Virus record (IMG/VR): IMGVR_UViG_3300005573_000088
Coordinates: 5,237 to 69,236 of that record
Origin: a virus
Lineage: Duplodnaviria > Caudoviricetes
Length of the DNA stretch: 64,000 nt
Direction: 5' to 3' (one strand)
Below, piece after piece: positions 29,304 to 38,267 of this stretch. Below the pieces are notes generated by a model. That model was not told the origin of the DNA and searched no databases. It saw only the letters and a program-made list of their open reading frames with translations. The position numbers and the translations under genes are program-made. Within the stretch, counting starts at the first letter, position 1; each line of letters opens with the position of its first letter.

Positions 29304-29977
29304 TTTCAATTATAACATTGACTTATGGTGATAGAGCTGATGTTTTAAAGAACTGCATAGAATCTATTTTAAAGCATACTAAAGAGGAATTTGAGTATTT
29401 TATTGTAGATAACTGTTCAAGTCAGAGAACAAGAAATGTTATATCAGTATATTCAAGACTACCAGGGATAACATGGATATTACTAGATAAAAATGAAGGC
29501 ACAAGTGCAAGAAATCATGCATTAAAAAGGGCAATCGGTAATATCATAGTCAATGTAGATGACGATGTAGTTGTATGTGAAAATTATATTCAGTCAATGA
29601 TGAAATATCTTGATGATAAAACATCATTGGTAGGTCCGCAGGGTGCTTTGTATGATCCGAATGGCGAATTGGGGTTTTTTGGCACACAAGATGTTCCAGT
29701 TGGCTCATATGTTGATTTTGTAACAAGCTGGATATGCCTTTATCGTATGGGTGAGTGGCAATATGATCCGAATCTTTTTTCGTTACGTGATGAATCAGAT
29801 TTGCAACTCCAAATGAAAGAAAAAGGTTGGAGATTAAGAAAATCAGAATGTGCAGCATTTCATAATTGTATTAGAAATTATGAATTAGGCAAACAAACGT
29901 TTAATAAAGATAATGAATACTTTGTAAATAAATGGAAAGAGAAGAAGGATAAAATTAGATGGGAAAGCCATCAATAG
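29300..29977 (+). CDS. Glycosyltransferase, GT2
   Basis: ISIITLTY, IVDNCS, RNHAL, NVDDDV. Confidence 0.85.
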   Translation: MISIITLTYGDRADVLKNCIESILKHTKEEFEYFIVDNCSSQRTRNVISVYSRLPGITWILLDKNEGTSARNHALKRAIGNIIVNVDDDVVVCENYIQSMMKYLDDKTSLVGPQGALYDPNGELGFFGTQDVPVGSYVDFVTSWICLYRMGEWQYDPNLFSLRDESDLQLQMKEKGWRLRKSECAAFHNCIRNYELGKQTFNKDNEYFVNKWKEKKDKIRWESHQ

Positions 29978-30683
29978 CTTCCTGTATTTGTTCTATAGAT
30001 GGTCTTTGTATTAACTGAATTATGTTTTTATGGAATCTATCAAATTTGAAATTATCACCATAATCAACTACTATCATTGGTATTCCTGTATAGAAAGCAA
30101 GACAAGTTACAGCAGAATGTATTCCTACATATAATTTTGCACTACAAATTGTTTTTAGCACCTCAATCCAAGGCATACCTAACATTGGTGTGCTTCCAGG
30201 TATTATGCGTTCTTCTCTACCACCTATGCTTATCACTGGATATGGAAAATAACAATGGAATAAACTATCAACTCTTTTTATAGATGATATAGAATCTGGT
30301 TGAACTACTATTATATTTTTGCCATTGTGATGTCTATACTCTGATGGCAAATATGTCTCTTCTTCTTTAACTTTCCACTCTGGTTCAAACTCAAATGTTG
30401 ATTTGTAGTTGTCAACTACTTTATCATAATTCTTATAATCATACTTTTTACTATATTTTTCAAAGAAGTCCTTTCGTGAGTTTATGTCAGTAGGAAATCC
30501 ATCATCGTATATATCAAGTTTATCTATCTTATATATCATTTTAAGACATTCCGCAACGTGTTTTTCATAAGTTCCGGTTACCCAATCAATTGCATATCCT
30601 TCATTTTTGAGTTTGTTAAAAACTGGGATCATATGCCAACAATCGCCTACTCTAAGGCCACCTAAAATAACTAATGTTTTCAT
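29955..30683 (-). CDS. Glycosyltransferase, GT9-like
   Basis: GGLRVGDCW; VVQPDS; AKLYVGIHSAVTCLA; convergent with and overlapping the + strand GT2. Confidence 0.65.
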   Translation of the reverse strand: MKTLVILGGLRVGDCWHMIPVFNKLKNEGYAIDWVTGTYEKHVAECLKMIYKIDKLDIYDDGFPTDINSRKDFFEKYSKKYDYKNYDKVVDNYKSTFEFEPEWKVKEEETYLPSEYRHHNGKNIIVVQPDSISSIKRVDSLFHCYFPYPVISIGGREERIIPGSTPMLGMPWIEVLKTICSAKLYVGIHSAVTCLAFYTGIPMIVVDYGDNFKFDRFHKNIIQLIQRPSIEQIQEAIDGFPI

Positions 30684-32386
30684 TTTCCCTGCTGGATTTC
30701 CTTTTCAAATTCAGATTTCATTCTATCTATTTCTTTTTTTATCTTAAGTTCGTATGCTTTCTTTCTAAATCCATCAGTGAGATCTTGAGTTCTCAAAGGA
30801 TTATCTATTGTATATGCTTTTGTATATAATTCTATTGCAGAGTCAAAATCATTTTCTATTTCTGCTATTTCGGCAAGTCCTGCATACGAAAGAAATGCTT
30901 TTGGCTCACGCTTAAGACTTTCATGGAAAAACTTTTTTGCCTCGTCATATCTACCAATATGTTTCATATGAACAGCAACAGAGTGATATGGATAAAAATT
31001 ATTAGGCTCAAGTTCTATCTGCTTTAAGCAAAGCTTGTAGTAGTAGTCAAACTTCTTCTCTAAGTATTCTTTAGGGTTTAAGTAACCAAAATGCAAGAAC
31101 GGCACAGATGAAAATGCAACATTTATTTGTCTTCCTAAATTTAAATCTCTTAAAGATTTGTCAATTTCTTCATGGACTAACCCTGTATATTTTACTCCAC
31201 TATGCCTTCTAAACATTCTTATAGATTGAGAGTGAAACCACTTGGCATTCTTAGTAGTTCTAGGATCTTCAAGAAAATTTCTGACAGGGAATATATATGC
31301 ATCTACTTCGCCAGCACATGCCATATACCATAATTTTAATAAGTCGTCAGGTTCTACCAATTCATCAGCATCAAGACGAATAATCCATTCTTTTGTACTA
31401 TTTTGAATGCATAGGTTTCTTACATATGAAAAATCATGTTTCCATTCTGTTTTAATAATATTGGCTCCATAAGACTTACATATTTCAATTGTGTTATCCG
31501 TAGAACCTGTATCTACAACAACTATTTCATCAACTATTTTTCTAAATAGAGATAATAGTGGACCTATTTGGGATTCATTATTCTTTGTAACAATATTCAG
31601 TGATATAGATACACGATCAGCCCATTTATGCAGTATTATACCTCTTTCGTCTTTTATATGTAGGGCATAGTCCTCTGGATCAAGTTTTTCTTTATTATAC
31701 AGTTTTTTATAATATTCTTCCCAACTCCCAAGTGCAAGAGGAGACACTCCTTTTTCACGATATAAATTTGCATAAAAGTCATATTTCTTTTCTCTTACAT
31801 TACGATCTAAATTTCCGAAATGCCTTATTCTACAGAGTGGCATATGCGTATTAAATAATGAAAACCAAGGCACACATCCACTTAAATTAGTATTATCTGT
31901 TGAAATAGGTTCAATCTCTTGCCCCTCAAGGTTTTTAAACATTCTCTCCTGTAAAAAGTTTCCCCAAAGTCCATCAGCACGCCATTGATTTTCTGAGTCC
32001 CAATGGTGTAGAAGCGGGAATATATAACAAAGAGTCTGGGGATCCTGAGGATTGAGCAAACTATCTATTATTTCATATATATTTGGCTCTTCAAAAATCT
32101 CGTCATGATCAAGACTGCAAATCCATTCTGGATCAAATTTTTTTGCCTCTCTAAGTATAAAATTTCTATCTCTTACTTCGTTGTGATCTTTATATGGGGA
32201 ATTTATAATCTTTACTTTTGAGTATTTTTTGCATTCATTAACTGTCCCGTCTGTGCTATTGTCATTAAAAACAATAATTTTGCTCATCTGTTTAACTCTG
32301 CTGAACTGTCTTAATGTATAACGGATATACGGCATACCGTTTTTTACTCTTATCATGCCTACCAACTTACAACGATACTTTATCAT
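30680..32386 (-). CDS. Double GT2-domain + TPR glycosyltransferase
   Basis: Two GT2 modules (VFNDNSTD...SLDHDE; VVDTGSTD...RLDADE...VHEE) followed by TPR-like helices. Confidence 0.88.
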   Translation of the reverse strand: MIKYRCKLVGMIRVKNGMPYIRYTLRQFSRVKQMSKIIVFNDNSTDGTVNECKKYSKVKIINSPYKDHNEVRDRNFILREAKKFDPEWICSLDHDEIFEEPNIYEIIDSLLNPQDPQTLCYIFPLLHHWDSENQWRADGLWGNFLQERMFKNLEGQEIEPISTDNTNLSGCVPWFSLFNTHMPLCRIRHFGNLDRNVREKKYDFYANLYREKGVSPLALGSWEEYYKKLYNKEKLDPEDYALHIKDERGIILHKWADRVSISLNIVTKNNESQIGPLLSLFRKIVDEIVVVDTGSTDNTIEICKSYGANIIKTEWKHDFSYVRNLCIQNSTKEWIIRLDADELVEPDDLLKLWYMACAGEVDAYIFPVRNFLEDPRTTKNAKWFHSQSIRMFRRHSGVKYTGLVHEEIDKSLRDLNLGRQINVAFSSVPFLHFGYLNPKEYLEKKFDYYYKLCLKQIELEPNNFYPYHSVAVHMKHIGRYDEAKKFFHESLKREPKAFLSYAGLAEIAEIENDFDSAIELYTKAYTIDNPLRTQDLTDGFRKKAYELKIKKEIDRMKSEFEKEIQQGK

Positions 32387-32401
32387 TTTTAGCCTCCATA
32401 T

Positions 32402-32743
32402 TTAAATTCCATAGTATTTTCTAACTCCTTCATATTTGGGTAATCCTGTAAAGAAGTATCTTATCAAAGTTTTTAGATTAAATAAACCTAAAATATATGC
32501 TCTTCTACAAAAATATTTTTTATGAAAATTATCCCTTATTTTATCGTTTTTATAAATTATACCTAGCGTTTTTATAAGGATAGGCATTTCCATATTATTT
32601 ATTTGACATATATGTGAAAGAATAAGTTCAAAATGACTACATACCCATTCACGCTCTTCTATTATCAAATTTTCTTTCCAATTAAATATAATGCATATTC
32701 TTAACACGATAAAAATTATGCCTCCAAATATTATTATATTCAT
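32402..32743 (-). CDS. Hypothetical protein with N-terminal hydrophobic segment
   Basis: 113-aa ORF abutting the upstream stop codon. Confidence 0.45.
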   Translation of the reverse strand: MNIIIFGGIIFIVLRICIIFNWKENLIIEEREWVCSHFELILSHICQINNMEMPILIKTLGIIYKNDKIRDNFHKKYFCRRAYILGLFNLKTLIRYFFTGLPKYEGVRKYYGI

Positions 32744-33208
32744 TTAACCCCCTTTTATATAAAAAACTTCCATTCCTATAGTAGCACCATCTCCATTTCC
32801 ATAGCCATATTCTCCAAAACCATCCCCGTAACCATTTCCATATTCAGCGCCATATCCATATCCATCTCCATATCCATCTCCAAATCTATCTCCATATCTG
32901 TAACCATAACCATCTCCGTACCCGTACCCATCTCCATCTCCACTTCCACTTAAAACAGCATTTCTAAAATATAAACATAATTCTATTCCTATAACTGAAC
33001 CATCACCAGATCCATCTCCATATCCACCAGCTCCATATCCATATCCATATCTATCTCCATATCCATATCCATATCTATCTCCATATCCATCTCCATATCT
33101 ATATCCACTTCCATCTCCATCTCCATCTCCATCTCCATCTCCATAACTATATCCCTCTCCATTTCCATAACTAATAGAAAATTTTAAGTATATATAATCC
33201 TTTCTCAT
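32744..33208 (-). CDS. Gly/Tyr/Asp-rich protein, unit 5 (154 aa; two fused modules)
   Basis: [14 protein letters not shown]-(GX)n-GSVIGIEL then a second (GX)n block ending GATIGMEV. Confidence 0.75.
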   Translation of the reverse strand: MRKDYIYLKFSISYGNGEGYSYGDGDGDGDGDGSGYRYGDGYGDRYGYGYGDRYGYGYGAGGYGDGSGDGSVIGIELCLYFRNAVLSGSGDGDGYGYGDGYGYRYGDRFGDGYGDGYGYGAEYGNGYGDGFGEYGYGNGDGATIGMEVFYIKGG

Positions 33209-33495
33209 ATTTCTGTTCCTATATCTGAACCATTACCAGATCCATCTCCATCTCCATATCCATACCCATATCCATACCCATATCCATTACCATTACCATA
33301 ATTATACCCATCTCCATACCCGTCTCCATTATCATTCACATATCCAAAACCATCTCCACACCTATATCCTTATCCGTCTCCATTTCCATATCCGTTCCCA
33401 TAATCATATCTATAACCATCTCCACCTTCATAACTATACCCACTACCGTATTTATTTTCAATAGAATATTTAAAGTGTGTATAATTTTTTTTCAT
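33205..33495 (-). pseudogene. Gly/Tyr-rich unit 4 with in-frame TAA at codon 42
   Basis: [15 protein letters not shown]-(GX)n, TAA at 33370-33372, then the same frame continues with 54 more GX codons to GSDIGTEI-TGA overlapping the next ATG. Confidence 0.75.
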
Positions 33496-33704
33496 ATTTT
33501 CGTTCCTATATCTGAACCATCTCCAAATCCATTTCCATAGCCATCTCCATTTCCATATCCGCAACCATTTCCATAGCCATCTCCATATCTATATCCACTT
33601 CCATCTCCATTTCCATCTCCATCTCCATCTCCATAACTATATCCATCTCCATTTCCATAACTAATAGAAATAGAAAATTTTAAGTATATATAATCCTTTC
33701 TCAT
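33492..33704 (-). CDS. Gly/Tyr/Asp-rich protein, unit 3 (70 aa)
   Basis: [16 protein letters not shown]-(GX)n-GSDIGTKI. Confidence 0.75.
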   Translation of the reverse strand: MRKDYIYLKFSISISYGNGDGYSYGDGDGDGNGDGSGYRYGDGYGNGCGYGNGDGYGNGFGDGSDIGTKI

Positions 33705-33901
33705 ACTTCTATTCCTATATTAGCACCATTTCCAAAATCATCTCCATGTCCATATCCATTTCCTTTACCATCTCCATAGCTATGTCCGTCACCATATCCA
33801 TAATTATACCCATCTCCATGCCCCTTCCCATTACCATCTCCATAACCATCTCCATAACCATTTTCTATACATTGTTTTAAACAATTATAATCCTTTCTCA
33901 T
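33701..33901 (-). CDS. Gly/Tyr/Asp-rich protein, unit 2 (66 aa)
   Basis: [14 protein letters not shown]-(GX)n-GANIGIEV. Confidence 0.75.
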   Translation of the reverse strand: MRKDYNCLKQCIENGYGDGYGDGNGKGHGDGYNYGYGDGHSYGDGKGNGYGHGDDFGNGANIGIEV

Positions 33902-33981
33902 ACTTCTATAGTAACACCTTCCCCATTTCCATTTCCGTACCTATATCCATACCTATATCTATCCGTATTAACGTGTTCCAT
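33898..33981 (-). CDS. Short Gly/Tyr-rich peptide, unit 1 (27 aa)
   Basis: Hand translation [27 protein letters not shown]; TGA overlaps the ATG of unit 2. Confidence 0.5.
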   Translation of the reverse strand: MEHVNTDRYRYGYRYGNGNGEGVTIEV

Positions 33982-33983
33982 AA

Positions 33984-34175
33984 CTATTTTCCTATTTTCA
34001 ATAATCCTTTTAACTTAGGTATATGAATAATACAGGATTCAAGTTCACCTAAAGCAAAGAGTATTTCTTTATCTTTACTTTCAGCAGTCACTAGCTTATG
34101 TTCTGTGTCTACTTTGTTAACTTTTATAACCTTGTCCGTACCCAATAACTTATAGTACTCCCCTTTAACTAACAT
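33984..34175 (-). CDS. Hypothetical protein (63 aa)
   Basis: MLVKGEYYKLLG... with upstream GGAAGGA SD; the longer called ORF is probably over-extended. Confidence 0.5.
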   Translation of the reverse strand: MLVKGEYYKLLGTDKVIKVNKVDTEHKLVTAESKDKEILFALGELESCIIHIPKLKGLLKIGK

Positions 34176-34431
34176 ATTCCTTCCATCCTTTCTTGGAACA
34201 CGCAATAGTTGCAATAACATTAGTCCAAGCAAACTGGACTACACCATTGCAAGGTTCCAGTATAGTTTCTTTTGTAGGACCATCTTGGGCTAGTTCCCCT
34301 AATCCTTTTGTTGTACCCCACTTCCTTATTACATAAGCATTCTCTAAAGTACAATCTCCTGTACTACCATCCTTCTTAAAATTTCCTACCATCACCCATC
34401 CTCTGTCCAAAATACAAATTCTTAGATCCAT
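34165..34431 (-). CDS. Small conserved phage protein of the kind found next to Gly-rich repeat genes (DUF6948-like, from memory)
   Basis: ICILDRGWVMVG...NAYVIRKWGTTKGLGELA.DGP; family label is unverified recall. Confidence 0.5.
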   Translation of the reverse strand: MDLRICILDRGWVMVGNFKKDGSTGDCTLENAYVIRKWGTTKGLGELAQDGPTKETILEPCNGVVQFAWTNVIATIACSKKGWKEYVS

Positions 34432-34496
34432 CTCTACTACCTCCTTTAAAATAGTTTCTACTACTATTGCTCCTTAAAACCAACACTTAAATACTA

Positions 34497-35732
34497 CTAC
34501 GTCTTTAGATTTTTTATTTGTATTAGTATCCCCCATGGTGGTTTGTTACTTAAGTTTCCTTGTGAACTGCATACCCACAATACTTCATAAGGTGGACGTT
34601 CTTTAGGATAAGTACAATATAAATCCGTAAAGTAGATTAATAAATCATGTTTCAAATTATGCTTTTCTATATATTCAAGGACAGGTTCATAAGCTGTACC
34701 TCCTCTACCTTTGAACTTTGCGCCTATCTTTGAATATGGTTTCAATTTATATATCTTCTGTATTTCTGCATCGCACTCTATTACTGTAGTCTCGTTCTTG
34801 TAACAAGCCATGATACTTTTTATTTCAGATATAAACTCTATAAAATCTCTACTTCTTATTGAACCTGAAGTATCTATTGCTAAAACACATTTCAGTATCC
34901 TTACTGGCAAATGGCCTTTTTGATTTTCTCCAAACCTTCTACTTATTCTTTTCCAAGAATGTTTACTTGCTGCTTTAACACTGTTCCCTACAAACATTCT
35001 CAATAACTGTTTCCAACTTATCGTAGGTGGTTTGAGCCATTCTTTTATTGCTTCCTCAACATTACCTGGAACATATCCTCTATTCTTTTGAGTTTCTTCA
35101 TAAGCTTGCTTTATAGCTTGTTTAATTATTTCCTTCTTTAATTCATTACTAACACCATTACTCATTTCCTCCCACCCTTTATGAGAATCAACAACTTTCT
35201 TCTTCCCATTAGGTGTTCCAATTTCAATTTCAAAATCTCCCTGCCCTTTTCCTTGTCCATTATCACTTAGTGCCTCTTGTGGACAACATATAGGTTTTAT
35301 TGTTATTTTGTACTGTTTAATATTCCTTTTCAAGAGTTCGTAATAAAATTCAGCGTGTTTGTCTTCTGGAAAATTAAACTGTTCAGGAAATACCGCCCAC
35401 TTAGGTAATCCTTGTATCATCTGATTAATCGCCATATCACAGCTGATATTCCATACCGTTTGTGATTTATCTTTACATCTTAACGGATGTTCAAAAACTA
35501 AGTGGAGGCATTCGTGTTCCATTATTGCTATTAGTTCTTTCAAAGTAATCAATTCAACAATCTTTGGATTTATTATAAGCAAAATCTTCCCTTTATCTAC
35601 TGTTACACCTACAGACATACAGTTTTCGTCTTCTATCCTTATCATCTGTAGTAACAGACTCGTATAGAAGACCTTGCTTTGTTCCCTTAACATGTCCACT
35701 ATTGCAGCTTCAACTTTACTTATTGCTCCCAT
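34497..35732 (-). CDS. DUF2201-type HExxH metallopeptidase-like domain + vWA domain
   Basis: MEHECLH...WNISCDMAINQ; C-terminal AIDTSGS (MIDAS), GRGGT and YFTD. Confidence 0.88.
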   Translation of the reverse strand: MGAISKVEAAIVDMLREQSKVFYTSLLLQMIRIEDENCMSVGVTVDKGKILLIINPKIVELITLKELIAIMEHECLHLVFEHPLRCKDKSQTVWNISCDMAINQMIQGLPKWAVFPEQFNFPEDKHAEFYYELLKRNIKQYKITIKPICCPQEALSDNGQGKGQGDFEIEIGTPNGKKKVVDSHKGWEEMSNGVSNELKKEIIKQAIKQAYEETQKNRGYVPGNVEEAIKEWLKPPTISWKQLLRMFVGNSVKAASKHSWKRISRRFGENQKGHLPVRILKCVLAIDTSGSIRSRDFIEFISEIKSIMACYKNETTVIECDAEIQKIYKLKPYSKIGAKFKGRGGTAYEPVLEYIEKHNLKHDLLIYFTDLYCTYPKERPPYEVLWVCSSQGNLSNKPPWGILIQIKNLKT

Positions 35733-35744
35733 TCGACCATCTCC

Positions 35745-36776
35745 TTATTTTAAACTATCTTCCTTGGCAGCTTTCTGTACTTGGTTGATTATTGAAGCCA
35801 TCTCTTCTACGAGTTTTGTTTTACTCAATTCAATTAGTATCGTTTCTGGTAAGTTACTAATGATCTCAACTTTCCATTCAGCTTTTGTATTTAACAAGTA
35901 ATCATTCAGATTCTCTATCTCACTTTTCCTTAATTTACTTTTACTAATATAGTTAACCAAATCTCTTGCTGTGACCCAGTTCTCGTCGTTCCTTTGTTTA
36001 CTAAGTTTTTCCTTTACTTTGTCATAATGTTCTAATATCTCTTTTCCTGTTACTGGCTTCTTGTATTCTTTGTCACAGAACTTTTGAAATGTTACTGCTG
36101 CTTCTTTTCCAACTAATCCTGCACTAACTTCGAACAATAGTTCATCTGGTACAACTTTTAATTCATTTGACAACAAGTGCCATGTACGAGGAAGTGGACT
36201 TGGTTCATTTTCTTTTGGTTGACATAAAAGATCTCTGTGTACGCTTATAAACTGAATTATCCTATCATCTAATTTCTTTTCATATGCAAACTTAAGCCAT
36301 TCGTCTACATCATAATCAAGTTTAACTTTGATACATCTACTTATCATTGCGGGGTCAAGATCCGAAACATGATACATCGAATCACTTGGATTGATACATA
36401 AAACAATTATTGTTTTTGCAGGTAATTTGTGTGTATGGATTTTATTTTCTGTCAGCGCTTGGAATATTGCTTGTTGTACGTCTATTGGAGCTCGGTTCAG
36501 TTCCTCTAACGCTAAAACTAATTTAGCGTTTTCTTCAGGCATCCATGAAGGTCTGCTCCAAATAGTTACTCCATCAACAACTCTTGGCATTCCTATTAAG
36601 TCGCCTGGTTCTTGTTGCGCTAACCTCAAATCGACGTACGTGTACCTTAATTCCTCAGCGACCTGTTGTACCACTTGACTTTTTCCGATTCCCATTTCAC
36701 CTTCAATGATAATTGGTGCAGGTTTATCCAACCTAGTGTGAGACTTAATCAACTCTTTTAATTCATGGATCTTCAT
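35745..36776 (-). CDS. MoxR-like AAA+ ATPase
   Basis: Walker A GEMGIGKS, Walker B LALEELNRA, LDPAMISR, SPLPRTW. Confidence 0.88.
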   Translation of the reverse strand: MKIHELKELIKSHTRLDKPAPIIIEGEMGIGKSQVVQQVAEELRYTYVDLRLAQQEPGDLIGMPRVVDGVTIWSRPSWMPEENAKLVLALEELNRAPIDVQQAIFQALTENKIHTHKLPAKTIIVLCINPSDSMYHVSDLDPAMISRCIKVKLDYDVDEWLKFAYEKKLDDRIIQFISVHRDLLCQPKENEPSPLPRTWHLLSNELKVVPDELLFEVSAGLVGKEAAVTFQKFCDKEYKKPVTGKEILEHYDKVKEKLSKQRNDENWVTARDLVNYISKSKLRKSEIENLNDYLLNTKAEWKVEIISNLPETILIELSKTKLVEEMASIINQVQKAAKEDSLK

Positions 36777-36794
36777 ATGTCTCCTTCTTTTGTA

Positions 36795-37604
36795 TCAAGT
36801 ATTTCCTTTGGGATATTCTTTTACCCAATCCTCCTTGTTACAAAAACATTCTTTTTGCTCATATTCTTTCCACCACTTTCTAAATTTCTCTGCCATTTCC
36901 TGGTATTTTTTACCTAGGTCTACTTGATTTGACTGAAATGTCTTTTGTCCATAGTGCCATATGAATGTTGATCTATCAACAACCATTTTCCAGCCTTTAT
37001 AGAGTGCCTTTAGGCACACAATATTATCCTCATACATTGTAAATCCATCTGGAAATGGGAGACACTCTTCAAAACACTGTTTTTTAAACAACATACAAAG
37101 TCCAACAAGAACCCCTTCTCTTGTCATGCTTCCTACCATTTTTCTTCTCCACTCATCAGAAAATTTATTGAATTCCTGGAGTTCCATAAATGGAATACCA
37201 ATTCTATATCCTTGTTCGCCCCCAGCACAATTTGATACTGGTCCTACGATTCCTATCCTTTCATCTTTTAATGAACATTTTATCATTGAATCGAGCCATC
37301 CCTGTCCTACTAGTGTATCATTATTCAAAATACATATATAATCGTATTTTATGTTGTGTTCCTTTATGTATTTAAAGGCTTCATTATGCCCGCTTGAAAA
37401 ACCAACATTCCTTGGCAAATGAATGACAGTTGCTCTTGGAAAATTATTGACAAACCAGTTTAAATATTGTTCTGTTCCATCGGTGCTTCCATTGTTGACA
37501 ATTATGATCTCAAAATTGTAGTCTGTATTTTTGTATAGTGAATCTAACATCCATATTGTGTATGGAAGCGCATTCCAACATATAGTTGTTATAATAGTTT
37601 TCAT
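36795..37604 (-). CDS. Glycosyltransferase, GT2
   Basis: IVNNGSTDGT, NVGFSSGHN, ILNNDT, GIVGP, YEDN, FIWHYG. Confidence 0.9.
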   Translation of the reverse strand: MKTIITTICWNALPYTIWMLDSLYKNTDYNFEIIIVNNGSTDGTEQYLNWFVNNFPRATVIHLPRNVGFSSGHNEAFKYIKEHNIKYDYICILNNDTLVGQGWLDSMIKCSLKDERIGIVGPVSNCAGGEQGYRIGIPFMELQEFNKFSDEWRRKMVGSMTREGVLVGLCMLFKKQCFEECLPFPDGFTMYEDNIVCLKALYKGWKMVVDRSTFIWHYGQKTFQSNQVDLGKKYQEMAEKFRKWWKEYEQKECFCNKEDWVKEYPKGNT

Positions 37605-37615
37605 ATTTGCTCTCC

Positions 37616-37849
37616 TTAATGATGTGTTTCTGGCTTACTTTTATGTGTTCTTAAACTATCATTCATTAATCCTATTGTAGAACTAAGTGAACTTGCAATT
37701 TTTAGCATTGTTTCAGCTTTCCTTTTCATATACGCTGTATAAATTTTCATTATTTGAATAATTATTACAAAAAATATAAGAATTGGTAATAAGATACCTG
37801 TTATTATACCAGCTCCTATAACCACGTATTTTAAATATAAACTTACCAT
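37616..37849 (-). CDS. Small membrane protein
   Basis: Long N-terminal hydrophobic stretch. Confidence 0.5.
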   Translation of the reverse strand: MVSLYLKYVVIGAGIITGILLPILIFFVIIIQIMKIYTAYMKRKAETMLKIASSLSSTIGLMNDSLRTHKSKPETHH

Positions 37850-37870
37850 AACATCCTCCTTTTATTTATT

Positions 37871-38266
37871 CTAATTCAACTGTCCAAGTTTTTTTAAAAT
37901 GTTTCTGAAAAGATACACAAACAAATACGCCTGAAATTCTTTTTCTTCATTAAAACACTTGCAGTCTGCAATATATTTTACAAGATGATGCGTTTCATGG
38001 GCAACAGTTTCAACTAAATCCCACTTTTTTGTTGTTGCTTCTAACCACAACAGTGACTGTTGCCCTTCAAAGAGAATACAAAAGCCTCTATTACATTTTG
38101 TTGTCTCATCAATAATGGTATCTTTTCTTGACTGTATAAAATCGTATGCAATACCTTTCTCTTTGCACCAATTTATAATCTCGAGGTAGCCAACTCCCAA
38201 GCATACAATTGTTTCATTTGTCAATATTCCCCAGTCCTGGATAAAAATTTTGTTTTTCATGTGCAT
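37871..38266 (-). CDS. Hypothetical protein with HExxH motif
   Basis: VAHETHHL...EFQAY. Confidence 0.5.
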   Translation of the reverse strand: MHMKNKIFIQDWGILTNETIVCLGVGYLEIINWCKEKGIAYDFIQSRKDTIIDETTKCNRGFCILFEGQQSLLWLEATTKKWDLVETVAHETHHLVKYIADCKCFNEEKEFQAYLFVYLFRNILKKLGQLN

Positions 38267-38267
38267 A

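Larger units (their letters stand above)
32744..33981 (-). repeat. Tandem array of Gly/Tyr/Asp-rich peptide genes built from 6-nt CCATCT/CCATAT-type repeats
   Basis: Five ATGA-coupled ORFs sharing heads (MRKDY.YLK) and tails (G.G..IG.E[VI]); near-identical ~130-nt 5' ends in the units starting at 33704 and 33208. Confidence 0.92.

Noticed and set aside
33370-33372. Stop-codon reassignment
   Set aside because: TAA, TAG and TGA all end well-supported genes, and long genes have no internal stops. A single TAA is better explained as a mutation or error.
33370-33564. 64-aa ORF as called by the track
   Set aside because: Its N-terminal part is an alternate frame of unit 3. The coupled start is the ATG at 33495.
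32744-33981. CRISPR array, given the repeats and a Cas4-like gene
   Set aside because: Repeats are 6-nt coding microsatellites with no constant repeat/unique spacer structure. The Cas4-like nuclease sits in a replication module with no cas1/cas2.
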